DNA of 64,000 nt from an uncultured delta proteobacterium (GCA_963712115.1 CAVQGX010000019.1:25293-89292), one strand, 5' to 3'. Shown: positions 30,606 through 40,680, counted from the first letter of the stretch. Notes: generated by a model from the sequence alone, not told the origin. Translations and numbers: made by a program.

Positions 30606-32501
30606 ATGGCAGCTAGGTATTACATCACCACACCCATATACTACGTGAATGCTCCACCCCATCTCGGCCATGCCTACACGACCATTGTCGCTGATGTTCT
30701 GAACCGTTTTCATATGCTCACAGGGAAAGAAACCTATTTTCTCACCGGCACAGATGAGCATGGGGACAAAGTCGTAGAAGCCGCCGCTGCCGCAGGTAAA
30801 GATCCTCAAGCTTACGCTGACCAGATCAGCGAGTTGTTTCGCAAAACCTGGCCAAGTCTTAATATTACCAACAACTACTTTATCCGCACCACTGATGAGC
30901 TTCACAAACGAGCAGTGCGCTATATCCTCCAGAAGGTTTACGACGAGGGAGATATCTACTTTAGCTCCTACAGCGGCCAATATTGTGTTGGTTGTGAACG
31001 GTTCTATACCGCAAAGGAACTGATTGACGGTAAGTGCCCTCAGCATGATCGCCCCCCCGTAGACCGTGAGGAAGAAAACTATTTTTTCAGGATGAGCAAA
31101 TACCAGGACTGGCTCATCGACCACATCCAGAAGAATCCCAGTTTCATTAGGCCTGAACGATATCGCAATGAGGTACTCAGTTTTCTCAGCGAACCCTTAG
31201 AGGATCTTTGTATATCGAGGCCAAAATCAAGATTGAACTGGGGAATCACCTTACCATTTGATGACCGTTATGTGACCTATGTCTGGTTTGACGCTCTGAT
31301 CAACTACGTCTCCGCCCTATCCTATCCCGACGGCCCCCTCTTTTCTAGCTATTGGCCTGTGGCTCAGCATCTCATCGCCAAAGACATTCTCAAGCCCCAC
31401 GGTATCTATTGGCCAACCATGCTGAAGGCTGCTGGCATTCCCCTATACCTCCATCTCAATGTCCACGGCTACTGGAATGTTGAAGAGAAAAAGATGTCCA
31501 AGAGTAGAGGCACGGTAGTCAAACCCTTGGATCTCCGCAAAGTTTACGGCCTTGATGGTTTTCGCTATTTCCTCATGAGGGAAATGGTCTTCGGCCTCGA
31601 CGCCAGCTTCAGTGAAGAGGCCCTTATCTCCAGAATCAATGCTGATTTGGCCAATGACCTCGGCAATCTCACCAGTCGCCTTTTGACCATGATTAACAAA
31701 TACTGCCAAGGTCAGATTCCCCAGTCGGAGGCTGAGGAAAAAGAGGATAGTGAGTTGAAAGAGGCGGTAGAAAAGCTACCCACTACCTACTCTCACCATA
31801 TGGAACATTTGCAGTTCCACAAAGCGCTCATGGCGATCTGGGAAGTCATCAACCACGTGAACCGCTACGTTGACCAAAGTGCCCCCTGGGTTTTGGCTCG
31901 CGATCCTCAGAAACAGAACCGTTTACGGACTGTCCTTTACTATTCGCTGGAGAGTTTGAAAGTGATAGGGGTACTTCTAGCCCCAATCATGCCTGATACC
32001 AGTGAGGAATTGCTTGATAGACTGGGAGTTAAAATTGATCCGTTGAAGTTGAGACTGGACCAAGACGCAGCCTGGGGAACCTTGCCGCCGGAGGCAACAA
32101 CCCGTCGCGGCAAACCCTTGTTCCCCAGAATCGAGAAAGCGGCCAAAGATGAAACAGCCGCGGCTGCGGCCACAGGTAAACCATTGGTTAGGCTGGATGA
32201 GTTTACTCGATTGGATTTGCGGGTGGCAGAGATCGTTCGAGCGGAGGCGATCCCCGGCTCAGAGAACCTCCTTAAACTGGAAATGGATTCAGGGGAGAAA
32301 CGGATTGTTGTGGCCGGTATTGCTCGGCGCTACCGCCCGGAGGATTTGCTTGGCAAACAGGTGGTGATAGTGGCAAATCTGAAGCCGGCCAAGCTGATGG
32401 GGATCACTTCCGAGGGCATGGTTCTGGTTGCAGGTGATGATGAGGAGATGACCCTTATTGCCCCGGAGAAAAAGGTGAAACCCGGAAGTCCGATCCACTG
32501 A
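30606..32501 (+). CDS. metG: Methionyl-tRNA synthetase
   Basis: YITTPIYY, HLGH, TGTDEHG, YVWFDAL, KMSKS; C-terminal tRNA-binding domain. Confidence 0.97.
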   Translation: MAARYYITTPIYYVNAPPHLGHAYTTIVADVLNRFHMLTGKETYFLTGTDEHGDKVVEAAAAAGKDPQAYADQISELFRKTWPSLNITNNYFIRTTDELHKRAVRYILQKVYDEGDIYFSSYSGQYCVGCERFYTAKELIDGKCPQHDRPPVDREEENYFFRMSKYQDWLIDHIQKNPSFIRPERYRNEVLSFLSEPLEDLCISRPKSRLNWGITLPFDDRYVTYVWFDALINYVSALSYPDGPLFSSYWPVAQHLIAKDILKPHGIYWPTMLKAAGIPLYLHLNVHGYWNVEEKKMSKSRGTVVKPLDLRKVYGLDGFRYFLMREMVFGLDASFSEEALISRINADLANDLGNLTSRLLTMINKYCQGQIPQSEAEEKEDSELKEAVEKLPTTYSHHMEHLQFHKALMAIWEVINHVNRYVDQSAPWVLARDPQKQNRLRTVLYYSLESLKVIGVLLAPIMPDTSEELLDRLGVKIDPLKLRLDQDAAWGTLPPEATTRRGKPLFPRIEKAAKDETAAAAATGKPLVRLDEFTRLDLRVAEIVRAEAIPGSENLLKLEMDSGEKRIVVAGIARRYRPEDLLGKQVVIVANLKPAKLMGITSEGMVLVAGDDEEMTLIAPEKKVKPGSPIH

Positions 32502-32607
32502 AAAAATTTGGCTTAAGGTAAACGGTGAGCAGTAAGCGGTAAGCGGTAAGCGGTCATTCAATAATCTTTATCCCACACTGCTAACTGTTTACTGCTCACT
32601 GCTCACT

Positions 32608-33273
32608 CTATGAAAGTGCCTCTCTAATCTTCTCCCGGAACAACCTCAGGGTCTCGCCATAGTCGGAAGTGGAAAAAACTGCCGAGCCGGCAACAAAAAC
32701 ATCAGCCCCGGCTCGAGCCACTTCACCTATGGTCTCCCCATTGATGCCTCCATCCACTTCCAGTTCTACCAGCAGCTTGCGCTCATCAATAATCTTCCGG
32801 AGAGCTCGGATTTTAGGGATAACTGCCTCAATGAATGACTGTCCACCAAAGCCAGGATTAACAGTCATTAGAAGCACTTGATCCACCAGGCCCAAGACAT
32901 GTTCCACCATCACCAAAGGTGTGGAAGGATTGAGGGTTACTGAAGCCTTTGCACCCAATTCCTTGATACGCTCTAGTGTGCGGTGTAGATGAGGCAGAAT
33001 TTCCACGTGTACTCCAACAATATCCGCTCCAGCCTTAATGAAATCCTCCAGGTACAGATCTGGCTCGTTGATCATCAGATGTACGTCCAATGGCAGGTGG
33101 GTGCTCCGACGTACAGCCTCCACCACCAGCGGCCCTATGGTTATATTGGGAACAAAATGGCCATCCATCACATCCACATGGATGTAGTCAGCACCGGCAG
33201 CAGTCACTGCGACAACTTCTTCTCCCAGTCTACTAAAATCGGCAGACAGAATTGAGGGCGCCAGTTTCTTCAT
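32608..33273 (-). CDS. rpe: Ribulose-phosphate 3-epimerase
   Basis: [37 protein letters not shown]. Confidence 0.97.
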   Translation of the reverse strand: MKKLAPSILSADFSRLGEEVVAVTAAGADYIHVDVMDGHFVPNITIGPLVVEAVRRSTHLPLDVHLMINEPDLYLEDFIKAGADIVGVHVEILPHLHRTLERIKELGAKASVTLNPSTPLVMVEHVLGLVDQVLLMTVNPGFGGQSFIEAVIPKIRALRKIIDERKLLVELEVDGGINGETIGEVARAGADVFVAGSAVFSTSDYGETLRLFREKIREALS

Positions 33274-34316
33274 ATTGCTCTCCGTAACTTGTCAAATGCA
33301 ACAGGGACAAGCTCTTCGCCAATTGAAAGGTAACTTAGCCTAGCCAAATCCTCCCAGTTAAAACCAATTGTTTCTTGCCTTTGGAGCAAACCGTCGACTA
33401 AAACACTTACCTCGTCTGGAGAACGAACCCATATGAGCCAATCCAGCTGGTCACCAGGACGGTGAATCCTGCGGTATAGGTCCATATCCTCGCCGTCTTG
33501 ATTTTGGCTTAGAGTAATCTCTTTTTTGAAATAGCCAGGCGCCAACTGATATGTGATCCACCATAGCTTGGCCTCCTGCCCTTTGGGCTGTGGAAGCCTA
33601 TTAATGGTCAAGACAATGGAACTATCGCCATCTACACGATACCCTGCCAAAGGTCGCTGACCAACAACAGTATTTAAAGGTTGTTCAGACTGGTGAACTT
33701 CCTTGACTTCAGAGGGTAGCAAACCCAGTCCGTCGAGTATTTTCAAGGCCTGTCCCACTGATCGCTGTCGCAGTTCAGGCATAGCCACTGCATCAGATTT
33801 GCTGCCGTTGCTAATTAAAAAATCAACTGACTGCCCCCGCTCTATCTCCTGCAAAAACTCTGGTTTTTGAGCAATTATGGTACCCCGCGGATATTGTGAT
33901 GCCGGGATCCTACATATGCCACCGAGTTGCAGGCCATTTTGGGCAAGAATCAGCTTTGCCTCTCGCAGTTTCGTTCCCACCAGCTTCGGAACACGTACCC
34001 TTTTTGAGCCCCGAGAAATAATTACTTTCACATCTCGATCCTGCTTTAGCCAGGTTCCGGAATCAGGTTTTTGAGAGGCAATGAAATTTTTGGGCACGCT
34101 TTCACTCCACATGAATCCCCCTACCTTGATATTCAATCCTAGAGAGGTGAGGAGATCTAAAGCATAAACCGTATCGTGCCCAACCAAGTCGGGGACAAGA
34201 ACTTCTTCCTCACTTTGAACGATCCACTTGCTAGTGAGGTAGAGACTACATACTAGTGCCACCAAAAATATAACAGCGTAGATCCCATATCTAAGCAATT
34301 TATTTAAGATGGCCAT
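33270..34316 (-). CDS. PASTA-domain membrane protein
   Basis: N-terminal TM helix; three repeats beginning VPDLVG, VPKLVG, MPELRQ, each with Q-x-P. Confidence 0.85.
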   Translation of the reverse strand: MAILNKLLRYGIYAVIFLVALVCSLYLTSKWIVQSEEEVLVPDLVGHDTVYALDLLTSLGLNIKVGGFMWSESVPKNFIASQKPDSGTWLKQDRDVKVIISRGSKRVRVPKLVGTKLREAKLILAQNGLQLGGICRIPASQYPRGTIIAQKPEFLQEIERGQSVDFLISNGSKSDAVAMPELRQRSVGQALKILDGLGLLPSEVKEVHQSEQPLNTVVGQRPLAGYRVDGDSSIVLTINRLPQPKGQEAKLWWITYQLAPGYFKKEITLSQNQDGEDMDLYRRIHRPGDQLDWLIWVRSPDEVSVLVDGLLQRQETIGFNWEDLARLSYLSIGEELVPVAFDKLRRAI

Positions 34317-34475
34317 CGGTCATGCACCATACCGAAATCTGGACAATAAAGCAACGCCGTGGTTCTTTTTCAGCGAGCAGCATGCAGCCCGCAGCGGGCA
34401 GTTTTTTCTATGAATTCCTTTTTAGCTGCAAGCTGTCTGCTGCCTGCTGAAAGCCCTGAGCCTGTCGAGGGGCTG

Positions 34476-35828
34476 TCAGCTGATGTGCCGGAGTCGCGCA
34501 GCAAAAAAACCGTCCACTCCATGCTTGTGGGGCCAAGTCTGCACAGCACCAGTTCGGTTCACCAAGCCAGCACCTCCTGGTGGAAGATAGGAACGAGCCG
34601 ACTCTAGCTGATAGTCTGGGTGTTCAGCCAGAAAACCTTGCACCGTCTCCTCATTCTCCTCGTTACTCACGGTGCAGGTAGCATATAATAGAACACCACC
34701 AGGCTTGAGCAAAGGAGCCAATCTTTCTAACATTTGTTGCTGCACCAGGTGTAATCTACGAAAATCCTTTGGCTTTACCTTCCATTTTATGTCGGGGTTT
34801 CGTCTTAACACTCCCAAACCAGTGCAGGGTGCGTCCAAGAGAATCCGATCAAAGGAAAACTCCTCTCCAGAGGGAACAATTTCAAGTACATCCATTTCCA
34901 CCGGCTCAATACATGAGACTCCAAGTCGTTGAGCATTCTCCATAAGACGAGTCAACTTCCAGCCTTGATTGTCCAAGGCAATTATTTCTCCTTGGTTTTC
35001 AATGAGTTGGGCGAGATGGGTACTTTTTGCCCCCAAACCTGCACAAGCATCCAGTATTCGCTCTCCTGGCTGCGGTTGAAGCAAGTGAGCAATCAACTGG
35101 GATGCCTCATCCTGTACCTGAAACTCTCCCCGCTCATACTGGTCAAGAGACGAAAGATCAGTCCGAATAGATCTCAGGTGGAGTGCTTCAGGGACAAATT
35201 TTCCAGGTTCTACAAAAAAGCCGAGATCTTTGAAAGAGGCGGCCATACCTGCCACCGTTGTCTTGAGCGTATTAACCCTGACTGTGGTTGGAGGAATCTG
35301 GTTCCCAGCCTGGCAAAAGGACTCGGTTTCCTCATTTCCCAACTGTGTTAGCCAACGTTGAATCAGCCAGACTGGATATGAATAGAGCATTGCCAGGCGA
35401 TGCTCAGCACTTCCCTCCGGTTCGGCTTCTTTTAGAGCTCTGCTCTTGCGGGAAATTGTCCGCAGGACCCCATTTACAAAACGGACAACATGTTTCGGCT
35501 GGCTCGCTTTTGCAAGCTCCACCGCTTCGTGCACCGCAGCTGCTGCAGGAACCCGATCTAGAAAGAGAAGCTGATACACGGCTAAGCGGAGGATCAAGCG
35601 GACAGTAAGCTCTACTTTGTCTGGCTTTATCTTGATCTGCTGGTCAATTATCCAATCCAACCGTCCTTGCCACCGCAGCACTCCGTAGACCAATTCAGTG
35701 ACAAGTGCACGGTCCCGAGGGTCCAGTTTAGGATGTTCTTTAAAGTAAATGTCTAGCAGGACGTCTGGAAAGGAGCCGCGTCGGGCCACCTGCATCAGCG
35801 TGTGCATGGCAATGGCCCTGGCATTCAT
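34476..35828 (-). CDS. rsmB: 16S rRNA m5C967 methyltransferase RsmB/Sun
   Basis: NusB-like N-terminus, VQDEASQ, DACAGLGAK, DAPCTGLGV, YATCT, EENE. Confidence 0.95.
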   Translation of the reverse strand: MNARAIAMHTLMQVARRGSFPDVLLDIYFKEHPKLDPRDRALVTELVYGVLRWQGRLDWIIDQQIKIKPDKVELTVRLILRLAVYQLLFLDRVPAAAAVHEAVELAKASQPKHVVRFVNGVLRTISRKSRALKEAEPEGSAEHRLAMLYSYPVWLIQRWLTQLGNEETESFCQAGNQIPPTTVRVNTLKTTVAGMAASFKDLGFFVEPGKFVPEALHLRSIRTDLSSLDQYERGEFQVQDEASQLIAHLLQPQPGERILDACAGLGAKSTHLAQLIENQGEIIALDNQGWKLTRLMENAQRLGVSCIEPVEMDVLEIVPSGEEFSFDRILLDAPCTGLGVLRRNPDIKWKVKPKDFRRLHLVQQQMLERLAPLLKPGGVLLYATCTVSNEENEETVQGFLAEHPDYQLESARSYLPPGGAGLVNRTGAVQTWPHKHGVDGFFAARLRHIS

Positions 35829-36661
35829 GATGCTGAAGTGTCCAGAAAGTGGCGGATAGCCATTTCCACCTCCTCAAGCGGCAACCCGGTATTGAAACAG
35901 GGACCGAAGGGGCGGCGGTTGAAAATGCCGTAAACCGGCAAAGGATAAGTATCCTGTATTCCACTGGTAAGATCACGTTCGCAGGCTACGGCTATAATGA
36001 GCTTTGGTCTCTTCTGAACCACAATGCGCCGAGCAATAGTACCACCGGTGGCTACTGCCAGCTCTACGTCGTATTTATGCGCGATTACCAGAAGCTCCTT
36101 TATAGGGCATTTGCCGCAACCCTCGCAATTCTCCACATTCCCGGTAATTTTCACTCGGCAGTCGTGGTTCTGCAGGCAGTGGGGCATTAGTAAGAGTAGG
36201 CGGGATGGCCCCATCTTCACATCTTGAGCCAGAATCAGTTGATTGTTTATGGCAACAAAGGAATGACTGATTTTTTCTCTGGAGAGGCCAAAAAGTTTAC
36301 CCATTACAACAAGCAGCGGAAATAAAATTTTGACTACCGCTCCCCGGAGTTTCCGCGAAAGGATAAAATCGCGCCCTGCCAAAATAGTCAAAGTCAAAAG
36401 TACTGAGCCGGCAGCTACCGCGAGCACAACCAGACCCAGTATTACCGCCAAGATGAGCGGCAAATATGGATGGATATTCCGCAGTCCCACAAAGGGAACC
36501 CACCACAGCACGTAGGCCAAGCCAGCGAGAATAAAACAGGTCACCGCCAACAGTCCGATAAAAATCCGCTTTTGCGGCTTTTCCGGAATCTGGCTAGCCT
36601 CACTGAGTGCTTCTTTGGTGATAGTTGAGAGTTTTTCTTTTGACTCTAATACTTCACTCAC
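35825..36661 (-). CDS. DUF116-family membrane protein
   Basis: PHCLQ, CEGCGKC, VATGGT, AVACERDL, GPCFNT. Confidence 0.85.
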   Translation of the reverse strand: MSEVLESKEKLSTITKEALSEASQIPEKPQKRIFIGLLAVTCFILAGLAYVLWWVPFVGLRNIHPYLPLILAVILGLVVLAVAAGSVLLTLTILAGRDFILSRKLRGAVVKILFPLLVVMGKLFGLSREKISHSFVAINNQLILAQDVKMGPSRLLLLMPHCLQNHDCRVKITGNVENCEGCGKCPIKELLVIAHKYDVELAVATGGTIARRIVVQKRPKLIIAVACERDLTSGIQDTYPLPVYGIFNRRPFGPCFNTGLPLEEVEMAIRHFLDTSAS

Positions 36662-37598
36662 CGAATCTGGTCTCCACTTGAAGGGAATATCCTCTGAGAA
36701 AATCTGCCACCGGAAGAGAACGGCGGCCCTCGAGCTGCAAGGTCTTGATGAGTGCCACCCCTTTTCCGCTAGCTACCTGCAAGCCCCCTTCATCCGCTGC
36801 AATCACCGTGCCCGGCTTGGCCTGCGTTGACACCGCCAAAGACTGACAGCCAAAGAGCTTCAATCGCTTTCCCTGCCACAAGGTAAACCCACCAGGCCAG
36901 GGATCCAATCCGCGAATGCGACAACAGATTTTCTTTGCCTCTTCGTTCCAGTCAATCTCACCATCTTCTTTGACAAGCATGGGCGCGTAAGTAGCCTGAG
37001 AATCGTCCTGTGCTCTTGGTTTCAGCTTACCCTTTTTCAACAAATGAAGGGTCTCCACCAGCAATTTGGCCCCTGCCTCGGCCAAACGATCATGCAGGGT
37101 ACCAGCCGTATCTTTTGGCTCGATTGGCACCTCACTCTGCAAAAGAATATCGCCGGTGTCCATACCTATGTCCATGAGCATTGTGGTAATCCCGGTTTTC
37201 TCTTCGCCCCGAATCAAGGCCCAATTAATAGGTGCTGGTCCCCGGTATTTTGGCAAAATTGATGCATGAACATTTACGGCTCCCAAATGGGGCAATGCCA
37301 AAATTTCGGCTGATAGCAACTGACCGTACGCCACCACCACTATGCAAGCCGGAGCCAAATTAGCAATTCGTTCAATGGCCTCAACACTCTTCACTTTTTG
37401 CGGCTGATAAACCGGAATCCCTTCTGCCTCGGCCAGCAGTTTCACCGGTGGGGCTACCATTTTCCTGCCCCGGCCCCTGGGCCTGTCTGGCTGAGTTACC
37501 ACAAGTGAGATAGGGGCTCCTGCAGCGATCAGTTCCTTCAGGCTTGGTAGGGCAAACTCTGGAGTACCCATAAAAACCAGGGTTGGTAAATCGTACAC
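36654..37598 (-). CDS. fmt: Methionyl-tRNA formyltransferase
   Basis: VFMGTPEFA, VTQPDRP, NVHASILPKYRGPAPI, MDTGD. GTG 37598 follows GGAG; the longer ORF runs into a MITE. Confidence 0.95.
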   Translation of the reverse strand: MYDLPTLVFMGTPEFALPSLKELIAAGAPISLVVTQPDRPRGRGRKMVAPPVKLLAEAEGIPVYQPQKVKSVEAIERIANLAPACIVVVAYGQLLSAEILALPHLGAVNVHASILPKYRGPAPINWALIRGEEKTGITTMLMDIGMDTGDILLQSEVPIEPKDTAGTLHDRLAEAGAKLLVETLHLLKKGKLKPRAQDDSQATYAPMLVKEDGEIDWNEEAKKICCRIRGLDPWPGGFTLWQGKRLKLFGCQSLAVSTQAKPGTVIAADEGGLQVASGKGVALIKTLQLEGRRSLPVADFLRGYSLQVETRFGE

Positions 37599-37649
37599 CC
37601 TATAAGCTCCATGCATAGCAGGACTAATATTCGACCAACTTGTTGATGA

Positions 37650-37851
37650 TAAACCTAATGTTGTATACCTAGACCGGCAAAAACCGCTGCGCTCGCGCGA
37701 TAGTCCCGCCCATGGCGGGACGGCTGTGCTCGACTCGGACAGGGCTTCACGTACGGTCAAGTACGCCTCGACCTGTCCAAGCCTGTGCGCAGCCACATCT
37801 GTTGCACTCTTGCGCGTTTTTCCTCGACATAGGTATACAACATTAGGTTTA
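37650..37851. mobile_element. MITE-like element family B (202 bp) between def and fmt
   Basis: Perfect 22-bp TIR TAAACCTAATGTTGTATACCTA (37650-37671 / 37830-37851), TA at both ends. Confidence 0.8.
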
Positions 37852-38361
37852 AGACTGCTCCTTGGCGAGTTGTTTCCTCACCTTCCTTTTATAAAGATCG
37901 CGTTTCAACTTACTCAAGCGATCAATAAAGAGCATACCGTTAAGGTGGTCAATTTCGTGCTGAAGTACAACGGCCAAAAGACCCTCGGCCTCTATCTCCA
38001 CCTCTTCTCCTTTGAGATTGAGCCCCCGCACCGTAATTTTTTCATGTCGTTTTACTTCGGCCTGGTAATCCGGCACGCTCAAACATCCTTCCTCAAAGAT
38101 CACCTCCCCTTCGGCGGCGACTATTTCGGGGTTGATGAGGACAATAAGTTCTGATTCGGGCCTACGAGGAGCCATGTCGGCCACGAGCACCTGCTTGGCC
38201 ACTCCTACCTGAGTGGCCGCCAAGCCGATACCCGGTGCACTGTACATGGTTTCGGCCATATGGTCGACTAACTTAACCACCTCCTCATCGATCTCGGTGA
38301 TGGGTTCGGCTCGCTGGCGCAATATTTCCTCGGGGTAGGTGCAAATGTGAAGAATAGCCAT
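37849..38361 (-). CDS. def: Peptide deformylase
   Basis: GIGLAATQ, EGCLS, QHEIDHLNG. Confidence 0.97.
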   Translation of the reverse strand: MAILHICTYPEEILRQRAEPITEIDEEVVKLVDHMAETMYSAPGIGLAATQVGVAKQVLVADMAPRRPESELIVLINPEIVAAEGEVIFEEGCLSVPDYQAEVKRHEKITVRGLNLKGEEVEIEAEGLLAVVLQHEIDHLNGMLFIDRLSKLKRDLYKRKVRKQLAKEQS

Positions 38362-38465
38362 GGTCACACTCCGCTTAATAAACAAAGTCTATCTGCCGGT
38401 ACAATAACTTTTTAATATATAGCAAAAACTGAAAAGCATCAATGGACAGGAGCCACAGGAGTTCC

Positions 38466-38506
38466 CCCAAAAATCTATTTGTGACATAGGCCACGGGAAA
38501 ACTACT
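38466..38506. repeat. 41-bp dispersed repeat, copy 2
   Basis: 37/41 identical to 26621-26661. Confidence 0.75.
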
Positions 38507-38564
38507 GAGAGAAGAAGCAGTCTTTTTTGCCTTCTTGGGGTAGGTTGATTGGGGACCGAAAGGT

Positions 38565-38747
38565 CTAAAACCTATCACAGCGGATGTGTGACAATTCAGC
38601 CTCAAATTCATCGTCCATAGCTTCAACGAATTTTTCCAGAGGATATCTCTCGCCGCAAGACCTGCAGCGCAAGTCAACCCTCCGTCAGGACCTGTGTACA
38701 TGGAGAGGACTCTTGCATTTTAAGCATTGGAGCTGGGTCTCAGTCAT
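38565..38747 (-). CDS. Small dual-CxxC selenoprotein (60 aa, Sec21), absent from the ORF track
   Basis: GAGGGG RBS, ATG 38747. MTETQLQCLKCKSPLHVHRS-U-RRVDLRCRSCGERYPLEKFVEAMDDEFEAELSHIRCDRF. TGA at 38687-38685, followed 15 nt later by hairpin CGCTGCA-GGTCT-TGCGGCG. Confidence 0.82.
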
Positions 38748-38919
38748 ACACCCCTCGTTCGCCATGCGCTATGCGATATTAGACTCTAGCCAGGACATTT
38801 CGAAACCTTGTAACCACTTAGTTCCATGGCCTTTTTGACCGTTATTCCAGCCTGTCACCATCTAGTTTAATTGACACTTTGTTGGCCACAATTCTTAGCC
38901 CTTCCTAATGAAACCCTCT

Positions 38920-39900
38920 TTACACCTTTCTAGCCTCCACTAAACAGTCCATTCGCTCACCCTCTCTAACCAGCTTAACTTCCCCAAAGCCGGCTGCCTC
39001 CAAAGTATCCTTTATTTCGTCAAATGTATAAGTGTCGCCCCCTTTGGTATTCACCAGCATGTTTATGGCAAAGAGTGTTCCCTGGGGAGGAAAGGTGCGA
39101 CCTGGATCCATCACGTGGTCGCGGATAAGTAGCTTGCCGCCCGGCTCAAGAGCCCTGTGTATTTTGCCGTAAACATCGAGATTCTCTTGAGGACTGTTCT
39201 GATGGATTATTGCAGAAAGTAGGGCCAAGTCACAGCCCCTTGGCAGTTCGTCATGGTAGAAGTCTCCTGCCACAAGTTCCACCCGACCCACCAGACCTTC
39301 GCTCCCAAGTCTCTCCTCTGCCCAGGGTATAACATCCGGCAAATCAAAGAGTACCGCGGTCATTTCAGGATTCTTATCCAGAAATGCTATGGTGTAAGTA
39401 CCGGTAGCCCCGCCAATATCTAACAGTCTTTTGAAAGGGGAAAGGTGGTAAGAGTCCGCTATCTCATTTGATAAACTGCGGCCAGCCACATGCATGGCAC
39501 CAATAAAGTCTTTGAGGCTATCCTTTCCTCTGTCGGCAACGGGCTTTCTCCTGGGGTTCTCTCCGGTCTTCAAGGTCTCGGTGAGACCGCTCCAGGTTTC
39601 CCACAGACCATTGAGATGAAGCACCATAGGGAGTTCAGTCTCGGGATGTTCGGCCGAGAGCAGAGCGCCACGCTCAGAGGTCTGGTAAATACCATCTTGT
39701 TTGGACAAAAGGTGTAGGGCCACAAGACAGTCCAGAAGCCGGGTCAAACACCTTTGGTCACACCTGAGCTCCTTGGCCAGATCATCTGCCGTGGCCTGCC
39801 CTTTTTCCAGCCGGGTAAACAGATCCAACTCCGCAGCCGTCAGAATAACCCTGCTTTTAAAAAATCCCCGAACATCCTCCATGACTGCACCTTCTATCAT
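38920..39900 (-). CDS. SAM-dependent O-methyltransferase family 2 (dimerisation + MTase domains)
   Basis: AAELDLF, LLDIGGATG, FDLP, GDFY, LSAIIH. Confidence 0.9.
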   Translation of the reverse strand: MIEGAVMEDVRGFFKSRVILTAAELDLFTRLEKGQATADDLAKELRCDQRCLTRLLDCLVALHLLSKQDGIYQTSERGALLSAEHPETELPMVLHLNGLWETWSGLTETLKTGENPRRKPVADRGKDSLKDFIGAMHVAGRSLSNEIADSYHLSPFKRLLDIGGATGTYTIAFLDKNPEMTAVLFDLPDVIPWAEERLGSEGLVGRVELVAGDFYHDELPRGCDLALLSAIIHQNSPQENLDVYGKIHRALEPGGKLLIRDHVMDPGRTFPPQGTLFAINMLVNTKGGDTYTFDEIKDTLEAAGFGEVKLVREGERMDCLVEARKV

Positions 39901-40157
39901 GCCAGACCTCCTTGAATGTGAGTTTGACCATCATTTAATCATATTTAATCAAAAGGGTCATGCTTTGGAATGACTGCAAAAAGAGTTATTTCTGGGACTG
40001 TGCCATTAATCATCTACTATTTATCCATTGCGGAGGATGAAAAAAGATGAAAAAAACAGTAGAATGATTATCTTGGTTCAAATGACTTTCCCGTTATGAT
40101 GGCCAGCGGCCATGAAATTATACCACATAGGCAAGTGACGAGAGGTTAGCAATAATC

Positions 40158-40310
40158 ATGGACAACATTTGGATCTTACTGGCAATTCTAGCAGGATGGA
40201 TAGTATTAAATAAGTGGGTACTGCCCAAATTGGGCATTTCAACCTGAATGAGTGGAAGTTGTGAGATCGAGGATCGATCTCATGGTGAAAATCAGAAGAA
40301 TCCCGAGTAA
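40158..40310 (+). CDS. Candidate 50-aa membrane micro-selenoprotein (Sec30, U-x4-C), absent from the ORF track
   Basis: MDNIWILLAILAGWIVLNKWVLPKLGIST-U-MSGSCEIEDRSHGENQKNPE. TGA 40245-40247; perfect hairpin TGAGATCGA-GGA-TCGATCTCA begins at 40262. Confidence 0.68.
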
Positions 40311-40407
40311 CCTTGGTCGTGTTTGATCAGAGGATAGCCCTTTTGAAAACTCAGACTGATGAACACAAAGATGGCAAACTTCAGTGGGATTGAGAGGGGA
40401 GGAAATC

Positions 40408-40680
40408 ATGGCTGAGAAAGTTCACATGTGCGAGACTTGCGGCAAGACAACGGAAAAGTTTGGTCACCTGTGCAATCCAGTAGAGGTAGATGAAGCCTAC
40501 GTCTGCGATCATTGTGGCCAAGCATCCACCGACCCACGACATATATGCAAGCCCAAGCTACAGAACATAAATTTTGTTTGCATAGCCTGCGGTCGGGTGG
40601 CAGAACTCCCAAGTCAGCTCTGCAATCCGCGGGATATCGAGCTTATGAAAAGGCAAGATCCCCCAACCAGGATCACTTAG
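40408..40680 (+). CDS. Small protein with three CxxCG-x(8-9)-LC-x-P type cysteine repeats (putative metal-binding)
   Basis: CETCG..HLCNP, CDHCG..HICKP, CIACG..QLCNP; GGAGG RBS before ATG 40408. Confidence 0.8.
   Translation: MAEKVHMCETCGKTTEKFGHLCNPVEVDEAYVCDHCGQASTDPRHICKPKLQNINFVCIACGRVAELPSQLCNPRDIELMKRQDPPTRIT

Noticed and set aside
37599-37796. 66-aa N-terminal extension of Fmt
   Set aside because: Derived from MITE B and spacer; the canonical Fmt start with RBS is at 37598.
38375-38838. ORFs 38375-38701 (-) and 38584-38838 (+)
   Set aside because: They are alternative frames over the dual-CxxC selenoprotein, which has the RBS, motifs and SECIS-like hairpin.
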